From the human T2T-CHM13v2.0 reference genome, Homo sapiens: a DNA stretch of 64,000 nt. The stretch is from the NCBI RefSeq assembly GCF_009914755.1, contig NC_060947.1; one strand, 5' to 3'. The notes under the pieces are model-generated. The model was given only the letters and a program-made list of their open reading frames with translations, made no database searches and had not been told where the DNA came from. How positions within the stretch are numbered: position 1 is the first letter of the stretch; each line of letters starts with the position of its first letter. The position numbers and the translations under genes are program-made. Shown one piece after another: positions 33,635 to 47,245 of the stretch.

Positions 33635-35625
33635 TTAGGATAGTTAGCTCTTCTTGTTGAATTGATCCCTTTACCATTATGTAATGGCCTTCTTTGTCTC
33701 TTTTGATCTTTGTTGGTTTAAAGTCTGTTTTATCAGAGACTAGGATTGCAACCCCTGCCTTTTTTTTTGTTTTCCATTTGCTTGATAGATCTTCCTCCAT
33801 CCCTTTATCTTGAGCCTATGTGTGTCTGTGCACGTGAGATGGGTTTCCTAAATACAGCACACTGATGGGTCTTGACTCTTTATCCAATTTGCCAGTCTGT
33901 GTCTTTTAATTGGAGCATTTGGCCCATTTACATTTAAGGTTAATATTGTTATGTGTGAATTTGATCCTGTCATTATGATGTTTGTTGGTTATTTTGCTCG
34001 TTAGTTGATGCAGTTTCTTCCTAGCCTCGATGGTCTTTACAATTTGGCATGTTTTTGCAGTGGCTGGTACCAGTTGTTCCTTTCCATGTGTAGTGCTTCC
34101 TTCAGGAGCTCTTTTAGGGCAGGCCTGGTGGTGACAAAATCTCTCAGCATTTGCTTGTCTGTAAAGGATTTTATTTCTCCTTCACTTATGAAGCTTCATT
34201 TGGCTGGATATGAAATTCTGTGTTGAAAATTCTTTTCTTTAAGAATGTTGAATATTGGCCCCCACTCTCTTCTGGCTTGTGGAGTTTCTGCCGAGAGATC
34301 CGCTGTTAGTCTGATGGGCTTCCCTTTGTGGGTAACGTGACCTTTCTCTCTGGTTGCCCTTAACATTTTTTCTTTCATTTCAACTTTGGTGAATCTGACA
34401 ATTATGTGTCTTGGAGTTGCTCTTCTCGAGGAGTATCTTTGTGGCGTCCTCTGTATTTCCTGAATTTGAATGCTGGCCTGCCTTGCTAGATTGGGGACGT
34501 TCTCCTGGATAATATCCTGAAGAGTGTTTTCCAACTTGGTTCCATTCTCCCCGTCACTTTCAGGTGTAGCAATCAGACGTAGATTTTGTCTTTTCACATA
34601 GTCTCATATTTCTTGGAGGCTTTGTTCATTTCTTTTTATTCTTTTTTCTCTAAAGTTCTCTTCTCACTTCATTTCATTCATTTCATCTTCCGTCACTGAT
34701 ACCCTTTCTTCCAGTTGATCGAATCGGCTACTGAGGCTTGTGCATTCATCATGTAGTTCTCGTGCCATGGTTTTCAGCTCCATCAGGTCCTTTAAGGACT
34801 TCTCTGCATTGGTTATTCTAGTTAGCCATTCGTCTAATCTTTTTTCAAGGTTTTTAACTTCTTTGCCACGGGTTTGAACTTGCTCCTTTAGCTCGGAGAA
34901 GTTTGATCATCTGAAGACTTCTCTCAACTCATCAAAGTCATTCTCTGTCCAGATTTGTTCCTTTGCTGGTGAGGAGCTGCGTTCCTTTGGAAGGGGAGAG
35001 GTGCTCTGATTTATATAATTTTCAGCTTTTCTGCTCTGTTTTTTCCCCATCTTTGTGGTCTTATCTACCTTTGGTCTTTGATGATGGTGACTTACAGATG
35101 GGGTTTTGGTGTGGATGTCCTTTCTGTTTGTTAGTTTTCCTTCTAACAGTCAGGACCCTCAGCTGCAGGTGTGTTGGAGTTTGCCAGAGGTCCAATCCAG
35201 ACCTTGTTTGCCTTGGTATCAGCAGCAGAGGCTGCAGAACAGTGGATATTGTTGAACAGCAAATGTTGCTGCCTGATCGTTCCTCTGGAAGTTTTGTCTC
35301 AGAGGAGTACCCCGCCATGTGAGGTGTCAGTCTGCCCATACTGGGCTGTGCCTCCCAGTTAGGCTACTCGGGGGTCAGGGGCCCACTTGAGGAGGCAGTC
35401 TGTCTATTCTGAGATCTCAAGTTGTGTGCTGGCAGAACCACTACTCTCTTCAAAGCTGTCAGACAGGGACATTTAGGTCTGCAGAGGTTTCTGCTGCCTT
35501 TTGTTTGGCTATGCCCTGCCCCCAGAGGTGGAGTCTACAGAGGCAGGCAGGCCTCCTTGAGCTGCGGTGGGCTCCACCCAGTTCGAGCTTCCCAGCCACT
35601 TTGTTTACCTACTCAAGCCTGGGCA

Positions 35626-35889
35626 ATGGCAGGTGCCCCTCCCCCAGCCTCACTGCCGCCTTGCAGTTTAATCTCAGACTGCTGTGCTAGCAATGAGTGA
35701 GGGTCCATGGGCATAGGACCCACCAAACCAGGTGTGGGATATAATCTCCTCATGTGCCATTTGCTAAGATTGTCAGAAAAGCACACTATTAGGGTGGGAG
35801 TGACCCGATTTTCCAGGTGCCATCTGTCACCCCTTTCCTTAGCTAGGAAAGAGAATTCCCTGACCCCTTGCACTTCCTGGGTGAGGTGA
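35626..35889 (+). pseudogene. L1 ORF0 (antisense 5'UTR ORF) with a premature stop
   Basis: MAGAPPPASLPPCSLISDCCASNE, then TGA at 35698-35700; the same frame continues GIGPTKPGVGYNL..SEKHTIRVGVTRFSRC. Confidence 0.85.
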
Positions 35890-36235
35890 TACCTCGCCCT
35901 GCTTCGGCTCAGGCTCAGTGCACTGCACCCACTGTCCTGCACCCACTGTCTGACAATCCCTAGTGAGATGCACCCAGTACCTCAGTTGGAAATGCAGAAG
36001 TCATTCATCTTCTGCGTCGCTCACACTGGGAGCTGTAGACTGGAGCTGTTCCTATTTGGCTGTCTTGGCTCCACCCCTTATGTACCTTTTTCTATTTCTC
36101 CTACTTTAAACTGGATTAATTTTAATTTATTTCTATGTAGCCAATTAATGTGTAAGTATCCTAAAATGAATTAGTCAACTACTGGTACAGCCAAGTAAGC
36201 TTCTATCAGATTCAACCCTCTTGAAAATAACAGAG

Positions 36236-36454
36236 TAAGGTTTGGCAAACCATGGACCACAGGCCAAATTTGCTTGTCACTTGTCTTTGTAAATAAGGCT
36301 TTATTGGAATACAGCCACACCCATTCATTTATATATGCATTTCTGCTCTCATGTTATAGTGGCAGAATTGGGTAGTTATGACAGACTGTATGGTCCACAA
36401 AGCTTAAAAATATTTATTATCTGGCCCTTTATAGAAAAAGTTTGCCATCAACTG
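36236..36454. mobile_element. MER58A (hAT-Charlie MITE)
   Basis: Terminal inverted repeats ggtttggcaaac and gtttgccatcaactg; internal gtaaataaggctttattggaatacagccacacccattcattt. Confidence 0.85.
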
Positions 36455-37046
36455 CTCTGAAGAAAATACAATAAATAATGACACAAAGGACTGCTGAGTG
36501 AGCAAAAACCATGGACATGAAAAAAAAGAAGTGAGGGAGAGAGTTTCCCATGTTTTACTCCTTTTAGCCTGAGGGTAGGCCAATGTTTGGATTGTGGGAA
36601 TCGATTAACACTCTGACAGATAGCCAGTAGTCTTTCTGAACTGAAGAACCAGAAGACAGAGCTCTGGACAACCACAGCCACTGGAAAGTGAGAGGATAAT
36701 TCCAGAAAAGACAGACTCAGAGATGGGGCCATCAAATTCCTCTCAAGTCCATTACTTACCCCTGAACCATGTATATGTGGGACAGATGCAAAGCAGCCGG
36801 GCTAAATAATTAGAATTGGCAGCTTCAGTCCAATCATGTTAATTTACTGCTAAAACAAAAATATCAATATTCTTTAAGAGAATGCATGAGAATCTCAGAG
36901 CCTCTAAAACCTAGCATTCATAATGTCCAAGCTGTAATACAAAATTGCTTGACGTATGAAGAACCAGGAAAATATGATCGTGTTTCAAGAAAAAAAGACA
37001 ACCATTGAAACCAGCCAAGAGATATCATGATGTTGGAATTAGTGGA

Positions 37047-37418
37047 TGCTCTAGACTGAATGTTTGTGTCTCTTCCAAATTGACAGCAGGTTGAAACTTG
37101 ATCCCCAATGTGTTGGTATGTGGAAGTGGGGCTTTTGGCAGGTAATAAGGTCATGATATGAGGGTAGAGCCCTTGTCAATAGGATTAGTTCTCCTATGAA
37201 AGAGACCTCAGAGAGCTTGTTCATTCCTTCCACCATTTGAGGACACAGCTAAAAGATGCTTTCTATGAATCAGAAAACAGGCCTTCACCAGACACTGAAT
37301 CTGCTGGCAACTTCCCCTTGGACTATCTAGCCTTCAGACTTGTGAGAAATAAATTTCTGTTGTGTATAAGCTACCCAGTTTTGGTATTTTGTTATAGCAG
37401 CCGAGTTGGGCTAAGACA
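37047..37418 (+). mobile_element. MLT1A-like MaLR solo LTR
   Basis: tgctctagactgaatgtttgtgtc...gagaaataaatttctgttg...ctaagaca; TSD gtgga/gttga. Confidence 0.85.
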
Positions 37419-38128
37419 GTTGACAAGGAATATAAAGCAGCAATTACAACTGTGCTCAATTAAGTGACAAAAATATGCTTGTAACCAATGAAATAATAGC
37501 ATATATCAGCAGGGAAATAAACATTTTTTTGAAGAGAGCAAAATGGAAATTTAAAACTGAAAAACACTACATAAGAAATACAAATTCACTGCATAAGCTT
37601 AATAGCAGAAAGCAAATGACAGAGGAAAGAACTAGTAAACTTGAAGATTGTGTAATAAAAATTATCCAGTGTGATGCAAAGAGAGAAATAAGATGGGAAA
37701 AAACCTATAGTCTTAGGGACCCATAGGACACTACCTTAAGGCCTAACACAAATGTAACTGGAGTCCCAGGAGAGAATAGAATGAGTGGAAAAAATACGTT
37801 TGAAGATATAATGGCCAAAAATACAACAAATTTGGTGAAGGATTCCAGAAACTCAGTGAACCTGAAGTAGGATAAATAGAAAGAAAATCATGCATAGATA
37901 CATCATAGTCATATTTCTAAAAACCAAAGATAATATCTTGAAGAGAATAGAAAATAATACCAGAATAAACTTGAATTTTCAAGGATGAAGGAAGAACAAG
38001 AGAAATGGTACCTATGTGGGTAAATATAACTATTATTCTTCTCTTTAGTTTTAAAAATCTCTTATAATGTTTGAAAACAAAAATTATAACACTGTCGGAT
38101 GGGGTTTTTGATGTATGTAAATGTAATA

Positions 38129-41100
38129 CAGACATATCTCAGAAATATTGTAGGTTCAGTTCCACACCACTTCAATGAAGCAAATATCACAAATTGTTTT
38201 GTTTCCCAGCATATATAAAAGTTACTTTTCTATTATACTGTAGTCTATTAAGTGTGCAATATAATTATGCCTAAAACATACCTTCATTTAAAAATACTTT
38301 ATTGTTAAAAAATGCTAACAATCACCTGAGCCCTCACCAAGTCATTTGCTTTTTGCTGATGGAGGGTCTTCCCTCAATGCTGATGGCTGCTAACTGATCA
38401 GGGTGGTGGTTGATTAAGGCTGGGGTGACTATGGCCATGACAACAATGAAATTTGCTGCATCAATGGACTCTTTCACAAAAGATTTCTTTGTGAGTGTAA
38501 TGCTGTTTTGTAGCATTTTACCCACAGTAGAACTTCTTCCAAAATTGGAGTCAATTCTCTCAAGCCCTGCTGCTGCTTTATCAATTAAGTTTATATAATA
38601 TTCTAAATCCACATTCCAGCAATATTCACAGCATCTTCACCAGGAGTAGACTCCGTCTCAAGAAACCACACTCTGCTCATCCATAAGAAGCAACTCGTCA
38701 TTCATTCAGTTTTATGAGATTATAGCAATTCAAACATATCTTCAGGCTCCATTTCTAATTCAGGTTCTCTTGCTATTTTCACCACATCTGTGGTGACTTC
38801 CTCCACTGAAGCCTTGAACCCCTCAAAGTCATCCATGAGGGTTGGAATCAACTTCTTCCAAACTGCTATTAATGTTTATATTTTGACCTCCTCCCATGAA
38901 TCACAAATGTTCTTAATGGCATCTAGAATGGAGATTTATTTCCAGAAGGTTTTAGATGTACTTTGCTCAGATCCATCAGAGTAATCACTATCAATGGAAG
39001 CTAGAGGCTCACAAAATGTATTCCTTAAATAATAATACTTGAAAGTAGAAATGACTCCATGATCCATGGGCTGAAGAATAGATATTGCATTAGCAGGCAT
39101 GAAAACAACATTAATCTCCTCATAAATCTTCATCAGAACTCTTGAATGGTCAGGTGTATTGCCAATGAGCAGTAACATTTTGAAAGGAATCCTTTTCTCT
39201 CAGCAGTAGGTCTCAGAAGTGGGCTTAAAATATTCAATAAACCACATTGTAAACAGACGTGCTGTCATTCAGGCTTTGCCCTTCCATTGGTAGAGTATGG
39301 GCAGAGTATATTTAGCATAATTCTTAAATATACTCTGCCTGTACTACAATTTTTGGAATGGTTAAATAAGCACTGGCTTTAACTTAAAGTAACAAGTTGC
39401 ATTAGCCCCTAACAAGAGAATCTTCCTGTCCTTTGAAGCATTGAAACCAGGCATTCATTGACTTTTTCTTTCCAGCTATGAAAGTCCTAGATGGCATCTT
39501 CTTCTGATATAAGTCTGTACTGTCTATATTGAAAATTTGTTGTGTGTAACTATCCTAATCAATAATCTTAGTCAGGTCTTTTATTTTAAAATTTGCTTTA
39601 GATTCAGAAGCACATGTGCATGTTTGTTACATGGGCACATTACATAGTATCTTACATAGTGGTGGGGATTTGGCTTCTAGTGGACCCATAAACCAAATAT
39701 TGAACATTGTACCCAATAGGTAATTTTTTAACCCTCATTCCTCTCCCACCCTACCCTGTTTTGGAGTCCCCTGTGTCTACTATTTCCATCTTTATGCCCA
39801 TGTGTTCCCATTGTCTAGCTCCCACTTATAAGTAAGAATATGTGATATTTGATTTTCTTTTTCTGAGTTAGTTCACTTAGGATAATGGCCTCCAGCTCCA
39901 TCCATGTTGCTGCAAAGGACATGATTTCATTCCTTCTTATGGCTGCATAATATTCCATGGGGTATATATACTAAATTTTCTTTATCCAATCAACCATTGA
40001 TGGACACTTAGGCTGGTTCCATGACTTTGCTATTGTGTATAGTGTGGCAATAAAAGTACAAGTGCAGATAAATTTTTACTGTAATGATTTATTTTCCTTT
40101 GGGAAAGGAAAAGAACCCAGTAGTCGAATTGTTGGCTTGAATAGTCCTATTTTTAGTTCTTTGAGATATATCTACCCTGTTTTCCATAGAAGTTGAACTA
40201 ATTTACATTCCCTCCAAGTCTCTAACCTTTCCCTTTTCTCGCATCTATACCACCATCCATTGTTTTTTGACTTTTTAATAATAGACAATATGATGATGTA
40301 AGATAATATCTAAGTGTGGTTTTAATGTGAATTTTTCTGATGATTAGTGATGTTGAACATTTTTTATGTGTTTTTGGCTGCTTGTATTTCTTCTTTTAAG
40401 AAATGTCTATTCATGTAATGTGCCCATTTTGTAATGGGGTTGTTTTTTTCTTGTTGAGTTGTTTGAGTTCCTTGTATATTCTGGATATTAGTCCTTTGCC
40501 AGAGGTATAATTTGCAAATATTTTCTTCCATTATGTAGGTTGTCTGTTCACTCGGTAAATTGTTTCTTTTGTTGTACAGAAACATTTTAGTTTAATTAAA
40601 TCCCATTTGTCTATTTTTGTTTTGTCGTATTTGCTTTTCGGGTCTTCATCATAATTTCTTTGCCTAGGCCTATGCGCAGTAGAGTTTTTCTTTAGCTATT
40701 AATAGATATTGTGGATAGCTTGCTACAGCTTCTGCATTAGCACTTGCTGCTTCATCTTACATTTTTACGTTGTAGAGTTGGCTTCTTTCCTTAAACCCCA
40801 TGAACCAACCTCTGCTAACTTCAAACTTTTCTTCTGCAGCTTCTTCACCTCTCTCAGCCTTCATAGAATTGAAGAGAGTTAGGGCCTTACTCTGGAATAG
40901 GATTTGGTTTAAGAGAATGTCTTAGCTGGGTCTGATCTTTTATCCAGACAAGTGAAACTTTCTCTGTATCAGCAATAAGGCTATTTTAATTTCTTATCAT
41001 TTATATGCTCACTGAAGTAGCACTTTTAATTTCCTTCGAGAACTTTTTCTTTGCATACAACTTGGCTAATTGTTTTGCTCAAGAGGCCCAACTTATGACC

Positions 41101-41625
41101 TATCTCAGCTTTTGGCATACCTTCCTCACTAAGCTTAATCTTTTCTAGCTTTTGACTTAAAGTGAGAGATATGTGACTCTTCCTTTTACTTGAACACTTA
41201 GAGACCATTGTGGGTTTATTAATTGGCCTAATTTCAATATTGCTGTGCCTCAGGAAATAGGAAGGCCTGAGGAGAGAGGGAGAGAGATGGGAGGAAAGTT
41301 GGTAAGTGTAGCAGTCAGAACACACACAGCATTTCTCGATTAAGTTTTCCATCTTATATGGGCATGGTTTGTGGTGCCCCAAAACAATTACAATAGTAAC
41401 ATCAAATATCAGTGATCACTGATCACCATAATAGATGTAAGAAAGAAAAGGTTTGAAATATTGTGAGAATTATAAAAATGTGGCACACAAAGTGAGCACA
41501 TGTTGTTGGAAAAATGGGCATCGATATACTTGTTAATACAGGGTTTCCACAGATCTTCAATTTGTAAAAAACACATTATCTGTGAACTGCAATAATGTGA
41601 AGCACAATAAAACAAAGTTCGTCTG
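38129..41625 (-). mobile_element. Full-length Tigger1 (pogo-like DNA transposon) with decayed transposase
   Basis: TA|cagacatatctc...gttcgtctg|TA. Transposase N-terminus MVSKCSSKRKSHISLTLSQKLEKIKLSEEGM (ATG 41208); DDE region [24 protein letters not shown]; C-terminus DKAAAGLERIDSNFGRSSTVGKML. Confidence 0.92.
39580..40690 (-). mobile_element. 5'-truncated L1PA15-17-like insertion in Tigger1
   Basis: Antisense 3'UTR ggtggggatttggcttctagt...gaacattgtacccaatagg. Tigger1 sequence resumes at about 40692. Confidence 0.82.
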
Positions 41626-41989
41626 TATATATATGTAATGACTACAACATACAGAGAGAGTGTAAGGGGATCCATACAGTGGAAAGATTTCTATAGTACA
41701 CTTGAAATGATAAAATATTAATTTTACAATTAAAATTTTGGAAAGTTAACTGTGTATATTTTAATATCTACAGGAATTACTAAAAATATACAAATATATT
41801 TATTAAAAGTCCAATGGACAAATTAAAATGGAATACTGAAAAATATTCAAATGATTACAAAAGAAAGCAAGAGAGTAGAAACAGAGGAACAACCACAGAA
41901 AATAATAAAATCATGGACTTAAATTCTTCCATATTACTAATTGCATTTAATGTAAGTGGTGCAAAACACACTTATCAAAAGACAGAGAA

Positions 41990-43765
41990 CCAAGAAAGTG
42001 AAATATCTGTACCCTGGAAACTATAAAAAATTGATGAAAGAAACTGAAGAAGACAAATAGATGGAAAAATATTTGTGTTCATGAATTGGAAGAATTAATA
42101 TTGTTAAAATGTCCATATTACTGAAAGTGACTTACAGATTCAAAATAATCTCTATCAAAATACCAAAGGCATTTTCCACAGAAATAGAAAAAACAATCCT
42201 AAAGTTTGTGTGGAACCACAAAAGAGCCAAAATATCCAAGCAATCTTGAGCAAAGAGAACAAAGCTGGAGGCATCACACTACTTGTTCTCAAAATCTACT
42301 TCAAAGCTATAGTAATCAAAACAGCATGGTACTGACATAAAAACAGACATACAGACCAATGAAATAGAATAGAGAGCACAGAAATTAGTCCATACATTTT
42401 ACATCCAACTGATTTTTGACAAAGGTACCAATAATATGCAATGAGAAAAGAATAGTACCTTCAACAATTGGTGTTGGAAAAACTAAATATCCACATGCAA
42501 AAAAAAAAAAAAAAGAAAGAAAGAAAGAAAAAGAAATTGGACTTTTATCTAAGACCACACACAAAAATCAACTCAAAATGGATTAAAGATTTAGACATAA
42601 GACCTGATGCTGTAAAACTACTAGAAGAAAATACAGGTGAAAAGTTTCTTGACATTAATTTGGGCAATGATTTCTTGGCTATCACACCAAAAGCACAGGC
42701 AAAAAAAGCAAAAATATACAAATGGCACTGCATCAAACTAAAATGCTTCTGCATAGCCAAGGAGACAGTCAAGAGAGCAAAGAGACAGCCAACAGAATGG
42801 GAGAAAATATTTGCATATATTGGATAAGAGGTTAATATCCAAAATATATAAAAAAACTCAAACAACTTAGCAGCAAGAAAAATCACCCGATTAAAGAATG
42901 ATAATTGAGTAGACATTTCTCAAAAGAAGACATACAAATGGCCAACAGGTGTATAAAAAATGCTCAGCATCACTAATCATCAGGAAATACAAATGAAAAC
43001 CACAATGAGATATCACCTCACACCTGCTTTTATCAAAATGACAAAAGATAACAATTGCTGGTGAGGAAGTGGAGAAAAGGGAACCCTTACACACTGTTGG
43101 TGGGAATGTAAATTAGCATATTCACTATGGAGAACATTACAGAGATTCCTAAAAAATAAATCTACCATATGATCCAGCAATCTCACTTTTGGGCATATAT
43201 CCAAAAGAAAGGAAATCAGTATGTCGAGGAGATATCTGTACTCCCATGTTCATTGCAGAATTGTTTACCATAGTCAAAATTTGGAAGCAATCTAAGTGTC
43301 CATTGGCAGATGAATAGGTAAAGAAAATGTAATACACACACGTATATACACACGGTGGAAAACTATTCAGCCTTTAAAAAAAGAAAGAAAGCCTATCATT
43401 TGTGAATACATGGATGAACCTGGAAAATATTAGGCTAAGTAAAATAAAGTAGGCACAGAAAGACAAATACTGTATGATCTCATTTATATGTGGAATCTAA
43501 ATCAAAGAGTACAGTGTTTCAATTAGACAGGGTGAATAAGTTCTGGAGATCCATTGTACAGAGTGGTAACTCCAGTGAATAATGTATTGTACACTTGAAA
43601 ATTGTTAAGAGAGTAGATCTTAAATATCCTCACCACAAAAAAAGATAAGTATGTGAGCTGAATATCTAAATTAGCTTGATTTAACCATTTCATAGTGTAT
43701 ACACACACATACCAAAACAATCACATTGTGCACCATAAATATATACAATTTCTATTTGTCAAAAA
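41990..43765 (+). mobile_element. 5'-truncated L1MA7-9-like element
   Basis: ORF2 C-terminal frame 42468-42827; 3' end tcacattgtgcaccataaatatatacaatttctatttgtcaa. Confidence 0.8.
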
Positions 43766-43908
43766 AGGAGATTTTCAGAATGCAAAGAAACACAAGAGTC
43801 AACTATGTGCTGTCTATATGAAACCCAGTTTAATATAAAAACACAGGTTAAAAAGTAAAAGGATGGAAGATCATATACATGTAAACACTAAACAAAATAA
43901 ATCTGGAA

Positions 43909-46535
43909 GTTTCAAAGAGGACCTGGTACCATTTCTTCTGAAACTATTCCAAACAATTAAAAAGAAGGGACTCCCCCCTAACTCATTTTATGAGGCCAGC
44001 ATCATCCTGATACCAAAACCTGGCAGAGATACAACAAAAAAAGAAAACTTTAGGTCAATATGCCTGATGAACATTGATGCAAAAATTCTCAATAAAATAC
44101 TGGCAAACTGAATCCAGAAACACAACAAAAAGCTTATCCACCACAATCAAGTTGGCTTCATCCCTGAGATGCAAGTCTGGTTCAACATATGCAAATCAAT
44201 AAACATAATCCATCACATAAACAGAACCAATGACAAAAAACATATGGTTATCTCAATATATGCAGAAAAGGCCTTTGATAAAGTTCAACATCCCTTCATG
44301 TTAAAAACTCTCAATAAACTAGGTATTGAAGGAAGATACCTGAAAATAATAAGAGCCATATATGACAAACCCACAGCTAATATGCTGAATGTGCAAAAGC
44401 TGGAAGCATTCCCCTTGAAGACCTGCACAAGACAAGGATGTCCTCTCTTACTACACTTATTCAACATAGTATTGGAAGTTCTGGCCAGGGCAATCAGGCA
44501 AGGGAAAGAAATAAAGCATATTCAAATAGGAAGTGAGGGAGTCAAATTGTCTTTGTTTGCAGATGACATGATCCTATATCTAGAAAACCCCATTGCTTCA
44601 GCCCAAAAGCTTCTTAAGCTGATAAACAACTGCAGTAAAGTCTCAGGGTACAAAATCAATGTGCAGAAACAACAAGCATTCCTATACACTAACAATAGAC
44701 AAGCAGAGAGCCAAATTATGAATGAACTCTCATTCACAATTGCTACAAAGATAATACAATACCTAGGAATACAGCTAATGAGGGATGTGAAGAACCTCTT
44801 CAAGAAGAACTACAAACCACACCTCAAGGAAATCAGATAGGACACAAACAAATGGAAAAACATTTCATGCACATTGATAGGAAGAATCAATATCGTGAAA
44901 ATGGCCATACAGTCCAAAGTAATTTATAGATTCAATGCTATTCCCATGAAACTACCATTGACATTTTGCACATAATTAGAAAAAAACTATTTTAAAATTC
45001 ATATGGAACTAAAAAAGAGCTCGTATAGCCAAGACAATCCTAAGCAAAAAGAACAGACCTGAAGGCATCACACTACCTGACTTCAAACTATACTACAGGG
45101 CTACAGTAACCAAAACAGCATGGTACTGGTACAAAAACAGAGACATAGACCAATGGAATAGAATGGAGAACTCAGAAATAAGACTGCACATCTACAAACA
45201 TCTGATCTTTGACAAACCTGACAAAAACAAGCAATGGGGAAGAGATTCCCTATTTAATAAATGGTGCTGGGAGAACTGGTTAGCCTTATGCAGAAAATTG
45301 AAACTAGACCCTTCCTTACACCATACACAAAAATTAACTCAAGATGGAATAAAGACTTAAATGTCAAACTCAAAACTATAAAAAACCTAGAAGAAAATCT
45401 AGGCAATACCATTGAGGACGTATGTATGGGCAAATATTTCATGACAAAATCGCCAAAAGCAATTGCAACAAAAGCAAAAATCGACAAATGGGATTTAATT
45501 AAACTAAAGAGCACAGCAAAAGAAACTATCATCAGAGTGAACAGACAACCTACGTAGTGGGTTGTGCAATCTATCCATCTGGCATCTGTGCATAGTGGAT
45601 AGTGCAATCTATCCATCTGGCAAAGGTCTAATACCCAGAATCTACAAGGAACTTAAGCAAATTTACAAGAAAAAAAACAACCCCATTAAAAAGTAGACAT
45701 GAACAGACACTTCTCAAAATAAGACACTTATGCAGCCAAAAAAAATATGAAAAAAAGCTCAACATCATTCATCATTAAAGAAACGCAAATCAAAACCACA
45801 ATGAGATACCATCTCACACCAGTCAGAATGGCGATTATTAAAAGGTCAAGAAACAACAGATGCTGGTGAGATTGCAGAGAAATAGGGACACTTTTACATT
45901 ATTGGCGAGAGTGTAAATTAGTTTAACCATTGTAGCAGACAGTTGGTGATTCCTCAAAGATTTAGAACAAGAAGTACCATTTGACTCAGCAATCTCATTA
46001 CTGGGTATATACCCAGAGGAATTTAAATCATTCTATTTTAAAGATAGATGCATGCATATGCTCATTGTAACACTATTCACAACAGCAAAGACATGGATTC
46101 AACCCAAATGCCCATCAGTGATAGACTGGATAAAGAAAATGTGGTACATATACACCATGGAATACTATGAATACTATGCAGCCATAGAAAGGAACATGAT
46201 CATGAGTTTTGCAGGGACTTGGATGGAGCTGGAAGCCATTATCCTCAGCAAACTAACGCAGGAACAGAAAAACAAACACTGCATGTTATCATTTATAAGT
46301 GGGAGCTGAACAATGAGAACACATGGACACAGGAGAGGAACAACACACACTGGGGCCTGTTAGGGGGACAGGGGGAGGTGGAGCATCAGGAAAAGTAGCT
46401 AATGGATGCTGGGCTTAATATCTAGGTAATTGGATGATCTGTGCAGCAAAACACCATGGCACATGTTTACCTGTGTAACAAACAGGCACATCCTGTACAT
46501 CCTGCACATGTATCCCAGAACTTAAAATTTAAAAA
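43909..46535 (+). mobile_element. 5'-truncated L1PA8A/L1PA10-like element
   Basis: RT frame 44169-44840 (LFADD); 3'UTR gagcatcagg..gctaatggatgctgggcttaata; TSD core aaatctggaa at 43899-43908 and 46536-46545. Confidence 0.88.
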
Positions 46536-46820
46536 AAATCTGGAATATTGATACCAGATAAAGTAGACTTCAGATCAAGGAATATTATTAGAGATACTGA
46601 GAGACATTCTGTAATTATAAAGGGGTCAATTCTCCCTGAAGATATAACAATTTAAAATATGTATGCATCTAACACAGAAGTTTAAATACTTGAGCAAAAA
46701 TTGATAGAAATAAAGATAAATAGACAATTATTTTTGGAAACTTCAATATTCCTCTCTCAGTAACTGATAGAACAAGTATACTGAATGTCATTAAAGATAC
46801 AGAAGACTGGAGGGCATTTC

Positions 46821-46831
46821 CAAGATGGCCG
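46821..46831 (+). promoter_or_regulatory. Intact YY1 motif of the L1 internal promoter
   Basis: caagatggccg near the 5' end of the element; established YY1 site in L1PA 5'UTRs. Confidence 0.75.
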
Positions 46832-46921
46832 AATAGGAACAGTTCCAGTCTGCAGTTCCCAGCGAGACTGATGCCGAAGACGGGTGATTCCTGCATTTCC
46901 AACTGAGGTACCTGGTTTATC

Positions 46922-47245
46922 TCATTGGGAGTGGTTGGACAGTGGGTGCAGCCCACAGAGGGCAAGCTGAAGCAGGGCAGGGCGTGGTCTCACCCAGGAA
47001 GTGCAAGGGGTCTGGAAATATCCCTTTCCCAGCCAAGGGAAGCTGTGATAGACTGTACCTGGAGAACGGTACACTCCTGACCAATTATTGTGCTTTTTCT
47101 GCAGTCTTAGCAACTGGCAGAGCAGGAGATACCCTTGTGTGCCTGGCTCGGCGAGTCCCACGCCCACACGTTGCTCACTGCTAGCACAGCAGTCTGAGAT
47201 CGATCTGCAATGCTGCAGATTAGTGGGGGGAGGGGTGTCCACCAT
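46922..47245 (-). CDS. Open ORF0-homologous antisense frame (107 aa); expression unknown
   Basis: MVDTPPPTNLQHCRSISDCCASSEQRVGVGLAEPG aligns with ORF0 MAGAPPPASLPPCSLISDCCAS...VGVGPSEPG. Confidence 0.4.
   Translation of the reverse strand: MVDTPPPTNLQHCRSISDCCASSEQRVGVGLAEPGTQGYLLLCQLLRLQKKHNNWSGVYRSPGTVYHSFPWLGKGYFQTPCTSWVRPRPALLQLALCGLHPLSNHSQ

Noticed and set aside
41026-41382. TIGD1-like domesticated transposase gene
   Set aside because: The frame breaks after about 50 codons of transposase, and the element is interrupted by an L1.
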